A stretch of DNA of 59,501 bases, taken from the IMG/VR virus record IMGVR_UViG_3300025889_000128, positions 1 through 59,501 of that record; one strand, given 5' to 3'. The position numbers and the translations under genes are program-made. Positions 29,605-36,563 of this stretch are shown here, in pieces. A model generated the notes under the pieces. That model had not been told where the DNA came from. It did not search any database and saw only the letters and a list, made by a program, of their open reading frames with translations. The number at the start of each line of letters is the position of its first letter. Position 1 is the first letter of the stretch. The DNA is from a virus (Duplodnaviria; Caudoviricetes).

Positions 29605-29949
29605 TCATGGCTCTAGCCATGGGTTGCGACTCATCATAGCATCTTCAATCGCATAGTCTTCGATTGCTTCAATGCTCAAGTCTTTGTATTCTGGGTTATT
29701 CATCATCTGGTCGATTCTGTCACAAGCAGTAAGGCGATCTTTGCCCTCTGTCTCGTCCCATTCTTTGGCAAGTTCTCTGTAAGTCTTGCCTGTGGCTTCG
29801 TCAATTTGGTCAAGCCATGAACAGGATTCATGCCATGCACCAAATCCACTTAACCATTTGATGAGTTCACCCCTGCGAATACTTCCATCACAGATTTTAC
29901 AAACGCCTCTGTATTTGGAAGAAAAAACGCGTGTTTGATTCCATCTCAT
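29605..29949 (-). CDS. Cassette gene with N-terminal zinc finger
   Basis: SKYRGVCKICD...WHESC; own promoter. Confidence 0.8.
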   Translation of the reverse strand: MRWNQTRVFSSKYRGVCKICDGSIRRGELIKWLSGFGAWHESCSWLDQIDEATGKTYRELAKEWDETEGKDRLTACDRIDQMMNNPEYKDLSIEAIEDYAIEDAMMSRNPWLEP

Positions 29950-30139
29950 AGTATAACTAATGTCTTATAGTATATAACCCCCACTTTGATTAATTGCAAG
30001 TCCCCCCCAGAACTAGGTATTGTAAGGCTATATAAACAGTTCTATTCACTATCGCTCGCGTACAACTATTCAATCAAACTCTTTATATACCCTTACATGT
30101 GAGGTATATGATAAAAAAAATGGTGACGACCATTGATGA

Positions 30140-30277
30140 TTACTCATCAATGAACACAGCATCACCAATGATACAGTTTGTACCATAACGTAAATGATAA
30201 TCCTTATGTCTATTGACTCTTATCAAAAACAAAGAGTCATTCTTGTCAAAAGATTGACCACACAAACTACATATCAT
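30140..30277 (-). CDS. Cassette gene, 45-aa C2H2-like zinc finger (not in ORF track)
   Basis: MICSLC-x17-HKDYH; ATG 21 nt from promoter copy 30299. Confidence 0.8.
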   Translation of the reverse strand: MICSLCGQSFDKNDSLFLIRVNRHKDYHLRYGTNCIIGDAVFIDE

Positions 30278-30394
30278 AAAATCAATACGTCCTCATTACA
30301 TATAAACATAGATTTGATTAATAATACGCCCTAACACTCGCGTACGAATATTTGGAGTAGGGATATATAAACAGTTCTGTAATAATAAAAAAGA

Positions 30395-30658
30395 TTAGTT
30401 GTTAGCTTGGTGTTTTGCTATATCATCTTTGAGTTTCTCAAAGACAGTTTCAACCAAACTAATGTTCTTTAAGATGTCGTCAATTCTAAAGTCGTCATAC
30501 ACGACAAATGTATTGCCTTGCATGCGAACTGCAATCGACTCAATCAACTTGGCACACATCTCAACACTTCCTTGGTTAAAGGTTGTGTGTAAGTATCCCT
30601 CTTTGCTGATTGGTGGCATCTCGTAAGATTTACCATTGAATGAGAACTTGTGGTTCAT
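30395..30658 (-). CDS. Cassette gene, hypothetical
   Basis: Own motif-A promoter and T-tract. Confidence 0.8.
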   Translation of the reverse strand: MNHKFSFNGKSYEMPPISKEGYLHTTFNQGSVEMCAKLIESIAVRMQGNTFVVYDDFRIDDILKNISLVETVFEKLKDDIAKHQANN

Positions 30659-30816
30659 AATAGGAATAAGTCGTTATAGTATATAATACTTACTTTGATT
30701 AATTCCATGCATCAGTAAATCGAACTGTTTAAATATCCTTAGATGATTGAATCTCGTTTCTATACTATAAATTAATCAAAGATAGTGTTAAATACTATAA
30801 CAACTAAACTCTATTA

Positions 30817-31098
30817 ATGCAAAGTTCAGAAGAGATGAACATGGTATATAAAGCCATCAAAAACGCTTTCGATACCAGAGATTCACAATTCGAATCGAGT
30901 AGATTGAACGGTGAGTTCAGCATCAGAACCGATGCACCTTGCCAAGCAGTTCAAATCACTCCAAAAAGTAACGAACATCACATCGACAAAACCCTTTGTG
31001 ATTTAGTTACTGGAGTTCTTCAGCAATTTTGTGCCGTCAGTTTTTGGTTAAGAACCGATTATGACGACAACAAAACTGTTGTAATGAGAATCTCCTAA
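30817..31098 (+). CDS. Cassette gene, hypothetical (divergent orientation)
   Basis: Motif A on the plus strand, 22 nt before the ATG. Confidence 0.8.
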   Translation: MQSSEEMNMVYKAIKNAFDTRDSQFESSRLNGEFSIRTDAPCQAVQITPKSNEHHIDKTLCDLVTGVLQQFCAVSFWLRTDYDDNKTVVMRIS

Positions 31099-31258
31099 AC
31101 CCCCCATTTCTTTATTTTCAACATTTCCACAGTGTAGGACACTCGTATTAGGGCGACCAAGTAAATACAGAAAAAAACTGTAATTTTCAGGTTTCCCAGA
31201 TACAAATCCGAATACAACTCGGCACAAGATTTAATAACTATTCCCTCGTATACAAGTC

Positions 31259-31585
31259 ATGGGGGAGACAATAATCCAAGCAAGGCAAATACTCATCAAA
31301 GAACACACATTACCACCATTAACAGTAGCATATCTACCATCACCAACATTCTTTCAAGATTTTATGAAAGAAGCTGGGACAGATGAAGAACTCCTTACCC
31401 TAATAACAACCATAACAAGAATACGAAAAAAGAAAATAACACATGTAGCACTATACATACCAAACGAAGAATTTGAGCAAAGGCTCTCTCCAGAGGAAAT
31501 GGAGTTTTACATATCCCTCAGAGATGCAGGGAAAAAATTAGCAAACCTTACCTGTATTCCTCAAGAACTTCAGGATTTCTCCTAG
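31259..31585 (+). CDS. Hypothetical protein
   Basis: 108-aa ORF with an upstream AT-rich TATA-like element. Confidence 0.65.
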   Translation: MGETIIQARQILIKEHTLPPLTVAYLPSPTFFQDFMKEAGTDEELLTLITTITRIRKKKITHVALYIPNEEFEQRLSPEEMEFYISLRDAGKKLANLTCIPQELQDFS

Positions 31586-31718
31586 TAAAATCCAATAGTT
31601 TCTTCAAGTCGTTATAATCATCTTCATCAAGCAGGTGCTTGTTCCATTTTAATCCACAAAATATGCAGGGGGAATGAAACATAAAAAAAGCCATTATATC
31701 GTATTCGTCTCTATTCAT
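31548..31718 (-). CDS. 56-aa CxxC protein (not in ORF track)
   Basis: PCIFCG...KH; ATGA overlap with 31715-31909. Confidence 0.5.
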   Translation of the reverse strand: MNRDEYDIMAFFMFHSPCIFCGLKWNKHLLDEDDYNDLKKLLDFTRRNPEVLEEYR

Positions 31719-31909
31719 TTGGCATCAGGGGTAGGTTCTTTTTTGGCATCTAATACATAGGAAGCCTGTATTCTGAACATACATTTCATCAATTCCCTAG
31801 TATTAAACTTTTTAGACCTATCCTTTGTGTGATTTATAAACTGTTTGCCACAGGCTATACACACAGTACTTTCCAAGTTCTTTCTAGTAATAAGAGAAGA
31901 TTTCTCCAT
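31715..31909 (-). CDS. Zinc-binding hypothetical protein
   Basis: CIACG...H...C. Confidence 0.65.
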   Translation of the reverse strand: MEKSSLITRKNLESTVCIACGKQFINHTKDRSKKFNTRELMKCMFRIQASYVLDAKKEPTPDAK

Positions 31910-32125
31910 TATACAAGACTATCCCATTCCATCTTATATTGCTTTCGGAGTTTTTCGGGATTTGGTAGGCGTTTGGAACGCTTATACATGTGCCATGAAA
32001 GAATTAAACCGATAGGGGTAAAAACGAGCGAGCACACAAGAAACGTCAAAACTGCGACTTGCCACGTTTTTACCATGCCTTATACACGCCTGCGACCTTT
32101 ATAAATGTGTCGGAAAAATTTTTTC

Positions 32126-32280
32126 GGGTGCTTCGCACCCTCGATTAATTCCCAAAAGGAAAGGGGTAAATCTTACGTGTTTACCCACTTGCGACCTGCA
32201 AGAACGAGTCTAAGAGGGCTACCGAAGTTGCGAAGTAGCAAAGTAGGTAATCCCTGACGACTATCATATAGTAGGTTGTC
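32126..32280. other. Non-coding hairpin cluster
   Basis: gggtgc-ttc-gcaccc; gggtaaa/tttaccc; cttgc/gcaag; gctac/gtagc; gacgac..actat/atagt..gttgtc. Confidence 0.6.
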
Positions 32281-32294
32281 CTAACTTATATATT

Positions 32295-32480
32295 TTAATC
32301 GTCGTCTTCTTCTTTTCTATTAAACATTTTATGTGCTTCTAATTCATCTTCAATTAGAAAACTGATCTTCCAGAATAGTCTTCTGTCTTCGAGTGTTATT
32401 TTTTCAAGTGGTAATTTTGCATAAATTAATTCCCACCATCTCAATAACGTATTGTAGTCTTTGAGAGTTAATTCGACCAT
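32295..32480 (-). CDS. Hypothetical protein
   Basis: 61-aa ORF with an upstream TATA. Confidence 0.7.
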   Translation of the reverse strand: MVELTLKDYNTLLRWWELIYAKLPLEKITLEDRRLFWKISFLIEDELEAHKMFNRKEEDDD

Positions 32481-32504
32481 ACAAAATCGTTTATGTTATA
32501 GTAT

Positions 32505-32714
32505 TTAAATTCTCTTACAATGTTGAGTATCGTACGAACGCTTATATCTCTTGCTACTTCGTAGTCTATCTCCACAACATGGACAGTGAATCTTTCCATC
32601 AAAATTGGACTTTAGAAACCATTCTTCACACTTTGCACATCTATGTGAGTCACGATAATTTCGTTTACCCATTGGTGCACAGTATCTATTACAGATGTTT
32701 TTACAATGATGCAT
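32505..32714 (-). CDS. Cys-rich zinc-binding protein
   Basis: CKNIC...RCAKC...CPCCG.RLR. Confidence 0.75.
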   Translation of the reverse strand: MHHCKNICNRYCAPMGKRNYRDSHRCAKCEEWFLKSNFDGKIHCPCCGDRLRSSKRYKRSYDTQHCKRI

Positions 32715-32743
32715 GTAGTATAATGATTTCTACGCTATAAAAA

Positions 32744-32820
32744 CCTAGCTACTTCGCTACGGTAGTCCTCTCCCTCAGCGTAAAGCATCATGGGAGTATG
32801 CAATCGCTCACACTACTAGG
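32744..32820. other. 77-bp structured non-coding element
   Basis: cctag/ctagg closing stem; ctac/gtag and ctccc/gggag arms; related to the reverse complement of 32213-32239. Confidence 0.5.
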
Positions 32821-32858
32821 CAATAAACTTTTTATATGTATTGTTTATAAGTTTAACC

Positions 32859-32990
32859 ATGCCTAAAGACGATTTTGAAGTAATCGATATTAAAGATCCA
32901 GAAAATCCTAAAGAGATTAAGATGGAAAAGAAAAAATCAGAGTGCATTTGTGATGGATCACGACATATACAGTGTCCAGTACACAGATAA
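32859..32990 (+). CDS. 43-aa microprotein (not in ORF track)
   Basis: MPKDDFEVIDIKD...CICDGSRHIQCPVHR; TATA about 20 nt upstream. Confidence 0.7.
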   Translation: MPKDDFEVIDIKDPENPKEIKMEKKKSECICDGSRHIQCPVHR

Positions 32991-33049
32991 ACACTTTTTT
33001 TACATTTTTTTAACAAAACTTTATATAATTAAGTTAAGCGTATTTTAAT

Positions 33050-35011
33050 ATGGGCTTTAGAGACTATCTAACCAACGTAAGCAAGGCTTTTATTAATAAA
33101 TCTAATACCGAAACTACAGTTAGACCTAGTATTACAACCCCATATATGAGTACCGATACAGGTGCAAAGTTACCTATTTTCCCATTCCCACTGATGATGA
33201 TTTACGAATTAGCAGATAATATTGATGCATTAAGAATACCTATTGAGACAATTAATAGAGAAATGTTTAAGAATGGATTCGAAATTGTGGAAAAATGGAA
33301 GTATAAATGCGAGAATTGTGGTAAAGAGTTCCAATATGCACCAACTATTGATGATAAACCAGATGAACAACCATTTGAGCAGAACCAAGATAACGAAACA
33401 AATGCAATTCCAAAAGCAAAGGCAATTATTGATGAATCACAGTTACAATGTGATACATGTGGCAATACAAACCTAAGACGACCAGTACCAGAACACAGAT
33501 TAATACTTGAAAACCTTATTACAAAACCAGTAAATGGAAACCAACAAACACTTGAAGATTTAGCAAGACAGTTGGAAAGAGATTTGGAAATTGCAGATAA
33601 TGCATACTTGTTAGTGTTGAAACAGTATAATATCAATGATAGAACTGGTGAAATTAATCACGATCAATCCGAAATCAAAGAGTATCTTAGAATAGATCCA
33701 CCACAGGTAGCCATGATTTGCGATTCTGATGGTAGATTGGGATATAACGACAAACACGAACCTATATTTGTTTGTCCATACTTTGAACATAGAAGAACTA
33801 GACTCCACAAAGATACATGTGAAAAAACAGATGATGGAGTTCATAGTAATCCAGTTAAAGCCCTAAAGGCATTGATTGAAGTAAATGCTGTTTATTCGAT
33901 TGGTACTCCACAACCAAAGTCAGTAATTTATGGAGAGGGTGAAGTTGTTTGGAAAGCAGGTAAATACAAGCCATCATTAGTATATGGATTCTCCCCTATT
34001 TATGCTGTATGGTCTAAAGCCATGACATTATCTCACATGGACGAATATGTTAGAAAGTATTTCGATAAAATGAGACCACCAAGAGGTATGTTGGTTATTG
34101 CATCAAGAAACTATGAGACATTTAGAAAATCATGGGGTGAACTTGAGATGAGAGCAGCAGAAGATCCTTATATGATTCACCCATTGATGGTAGAATCTGA
34201 TAAAGGTGGAAAGAACATGGCACAATGGATTGATTTCACTGGATCATTAAGAGAATTAGAATTTATTGAAGTTAGAAAGGAATTAAGACAACTAATTGGT
34301 GCAATTTATGGTGTCTTACCACTCTATTTCGGTGAAATGGTAGGTGGGTGGTCACAAGAGGGATTACAAGTTACAATTACAAACAGAGCAGTAAAATGGG
34401 GACAAGACATACTATCAAAGGCATTTTTCGATAAAATTGCAGAGATGTTGAATGTAGATGATTGGCATTTAAGATTAAAAGGTGGAGAAGAAAACGACAA
34501 ACTCAGAGAACTACAAACTGATGGTGTTGAAATTCAAAACATGGCTATTCTACAACAAATGGGCTTTGATATTACCAGAACTCACACTGGAGAGTTCAAA
34601 GTAAGCAAAGAAACTGCATTAAGTGCAAGTGATATGATGATGAATGACATGCAAGCAAGAATGGGTAGAGGTAGAGGAACTGCATCTCCAAAAGAAAATA
34701 GACAAAATATGCAAGGTGAACCATTACAAACTAGACCATCTGATATGGGTGGAGTTAGTCAAGGATTCCCTGCAAGTGGTTCTGGTACTACAATGTCAAA
34801 GAAAGCATACAATGACGGTATTACTCCAGATAACTTTGATGTTATCAAATCATTACTACAAACTGCTGTAAATTATGATTGGAATAAGGGAAAAATGGTA
34901 GATGAACTAAGAAAACAAGCAGGTATGACAGTTAGACAAGCAAGAGATTTAGTTAAAAACGAATTAAGTATGGTAAAAAGATGGGAAGACGTTGACGAAG
35001 AAAAATCATAA
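33050..35011 (+). CDS. Portal protein with zinc-ribbon insertion
   Basis: DLEIADNAYL, YGFSPI, YF....PPRGML and IGAIYGV.P portal-like motifs; CENC...CDTC insertion; first large gene of the head module. Confidence 0.85.
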   Translation: MGFRDYLTNVSKAFINKSNTETTVRPSITTPYMSTDTGAKLPIFPFPLMMIYELADNIDALRIPIETINREMFKNGFEIVEKWKYKCENCGKEFQYAPTIDDKPDEQPFEQNQDNETNAIPKAKAIIDESQLQCDTCGNTNLRRPVPEHRLILENLITKPVNGNQQTLEDLARQLERDLEIADNAYLLVLKQYNINDRTGEINHDQSEIKEYLRIDPPQVAMICDSDGRLGYNDKHEPIFVCPYFEHRRTRLHKDTCEKTDDGVHSNPVKALKALIEVNAVYSIGTPQPKSVIYGEGEVVWKAGKYKPSLVYGFSPIYAVWSKAMTLSHMDEYVRKYFDKMRPPRGMLVIASRNYETFRKSWGELEMRAAEDPYMIHPLMVESDKGGKNMAQWIDFTGSLRELEFIEVRKELRQLIGAIYGVLPLYFGEMVGGWSQEGLQVTITNRAVKWGQDILSKAFFDKIAEMLNVDDWHLRLKGGEENDKLRELQTDGVEIQNMAILQQMGFDITRTHTGEFKVSKETALSASDMMMNDMQARMGRGRGTASPKENRQNMQGEPLQTRPSDMGGVSQGFPASGSGTTMSKKAYNDGITPDNFDVIKSLLQTAVNYDWNKGKMVDELRKQAGMTVRQARDLVKNELSMVKRWEDVDEEKS

Positions 35012-35043
35012 ATGTCAGAAATGTTCAGATAAAGAAAAAGAAA

Positions 35044-35493
35044 ATGGCAGAGAAACTGAATATTAACCATGGTGGAACTGATATTGGTAAAAAATTACTA
35101 AGAAAACATCAAGAAAACGAATTTACCAAGGTAAATAACTACAAAGAAGCAGTTTGTTTGAACTGTTTGAAAAACGATAGAGCAATCGCTACAATAGCCA
35201 TGATTTGTGGAGAATGTGCAGGTAAACGTGGAAGAGAAGCATTATTGGCTACAATTTCACATAAATTCTATGGTCTTTGTCTATTTTGTGGAGAACATAA
35301 ATTCAACTTGGAAGAAATTAATGCAAGATTTTGTATGACATGTCATGGTAGAATAGCACAAATTACAAAAGAATACAATAAAAAAGGTGGAATGTATGGT
35401 GCTGATCCATTTTGGCAAAAGATGAGAAGAAAATACGGTAAAGATTGGCAAATAAAATTTAAAGAGGGTTGGAATACTAAAGGACGAGATTAA
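35044..35493 (+). CDS. Four-CxxC zinc-binding protein
   Basis: CLNC, CGEC, CLFC, CMTC. Confidence 0.75.
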   Translation: MAEKLNINHGGTDIGKKLLRKHQENEFTKVNNYKEAVCLNCLKNDRAIATIAMICGECAGKRGREALLATISHKFYGLCLFCGEHKFNLEEINARFCMTCHGRIAQITKEYNKKGGMYGADPFWQKMRRKYGKDWQIKFKEGWNTKGRD

Positions 35494-35905
35494 TTCTATC
35501 TCTCATAAAGTCGTAAAATCTATGTTCCCAATTAACTTTGTATTTTCCCTTGTGGAAATCACCATAAAATCTGTCTACCTTTGTTTCATACAATGGCGAT
35601 CTAAGAAATCTTGGTTTAAACAATAATTTATTTTTCTTTGCATCAAATACACATTGATTATGTTTTATCAAATCAACAGTTCCTTTAAGTTCTTCTGGTA
35701 ATACTCCATTTCTTGCATGCACTATTGTTCTATTCATGTTTAATCGTTCTTTTTGATTATTAGTATTAGTTACTGCGATTAAATGTAATCTAGGAACTAT
35801 GTAAATATCTATTAATTTTGCATTAAACATAGGATCTTCAATAAAATCCTTGTAAATTCTATTATAAACTTCTAAACTAGAATAGACATAGAAAGATGTT
35901 GCCAT
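35477..35905 (-). CDS. Hypothetical protein
   Basis: 142-aa ORF filling the gap on the minus strand. Confidence 0.7.
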   Translation of the reverse strand: MATSFYVYSSLEVYNRIYKDFIEDPMFNAKLIDIYIVPRLHLIAVTNTNNQKERLNMNRTIVHARNGVLPEELKGTVDLIKHNQCVFDAKKNKLLFKPRFLRSPLYETKVDRFYGDFHKGKYKVNWEHRFYDFMRDRINLVL

Positions 35906-35945
35906 AATACATTATTTTAAATAATAGTATCGTTATATTAACCTT

Positions 35946-36197
35946 ATGCTAGAGATGATAGAAGCAGTATCTACAGAACTACTAACTGCTGTTTTGTTAG
36001 GAGTAGGTGCAGGTCTTGTAGGTTATTTCAGAAAAATCCAAAAAACTAATAGTGATTTGTGCAAAAAAGTCGAAAGATTACAAAAAACTATTATTATTTT
36101 GGCAAAAGTTATAGATCAAAACGTTAAACGTGCTCACCCTGACCAAGAATCAGAATTAGATGAACTTGTACAGGAATTATTAGCAGATAATGAGTAA
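35946..36197 (+). CDS. Single-TM plus coiled-coil membrane protein (holin-like)
   Basis: LLTAVLLGVGAGLVGYF followed by a coiled coil; own TATA. Confidence 0.6.
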   Translation: MLEMIEAVSTELLTAVLLGVGAGLVGYFRKIQKTNSDLCKKVERLQKTIIILAKVIDQNVKRAHPDQESELDELVQELLADNE

Positions 36198-36230
36198 AGA
36201 TTATATTAAGGTTGTGAACCAATCATCTAC

Positions 36231-36500
36231 ATGAACGAATACATTGTTATACTTGCAATCGTTGCAGCAGCAATCGGTGCAGTAGCAAGTACCATTCAGG
36301 GGTATATGAGGGCTGAGGGCAATTATTCATTGAAAAAATTGGCTTCTGCCTTAGTATCATCTGTATTCTTCGCCTTTGGTATTGTAAATATTACCAATGT
36401 TGAAGCAAGTTTTGGTACAATAGGTGTTGTAGGAATATTCATTTCTAACGCACTTTTGGGATATGGTATTGACCAAGCCCATTCAGCATTGGACAAATAA
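36231..36500 (+). CDS. Three-TM membrane protein (holin-like)
   Basis: Three hydrophobic segments in 89 aa. Confidence 0.6.
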   Translation: MNEYIVILAIVAAAIGAVASTIQGYMRAEGNYSLKKLASALVSSVFFAFGIVNITNVEASFGTIGVVGIFISNALLGYGIDQAHSALDK

Positions 36501-36563
36501 TCCAATGTTTATTCATTTTTTTAACTAAAAACTTTAAATAGTTCACAATAGGTTTATATATTA

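Larger units (their letters stand above)
24171..30345 (+). repeat. Motif C: CTCGCGTAC(AA), same orientation in intergenic spacers
   Basis: 24171, 27952, 28760, 29147, 30055, 30337; also TCGCGTACAA at 19461 and 19840 inside coding DNA. Confidence 0.85.
24213..30742. repeat. Motif B: 21-bp box RAACTSTTTAWATANCCYTAC, ~16 copies in both orientations
   Basis: Forward: 24213, 27973, 28002, 28031, 28783, 28811, 29556, 30076, 30722. Reverse: 28377, 29167, 29525, 30022, 30357, plus degenerate 27766 and 27864. Confidence 0.9.
23838..30794. promoter_or_regulatory. Ten copies of promoter motif A: AATTAATCAAA-N7-TTATATA-N21/22-ATG
   Basis: Minus-strand copies start at 23838, 27695, 28338, 28695, 29077, 29452, 29971, 30299 and 30680; a plus-strand copy is at 30770-30794. 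Copies 23838 and 27695 are identical over 25 bp. Each is 21-22 nt from a start codon. Confidence 0.9.

Noticed and set aside
27695-31120. True integron or site-specific shufflon
   Set aside because: No tyrosine or serine recombinase is recognisable and there are no attC-like hairpins with GTTRRRY cores. Kept only as a cassette-like array.
31829-32104. 91-aa plus-strand ORF
   Set aside because: GTG start inside an opposite-strand gene, atypical CG-rich codons and no promoter at the standard spacing.
32744-32820. tRNA gene (77 bp)
   Set aside because: No T-loop GTTCRA, D-loop or 7-bp acceptor stem on either strand.
32816-33016. 66-aa minus-strand ORF
   Set aside because: Overlaps the better-supported plus-strand ORF 32859-32990, which has its own TATA.
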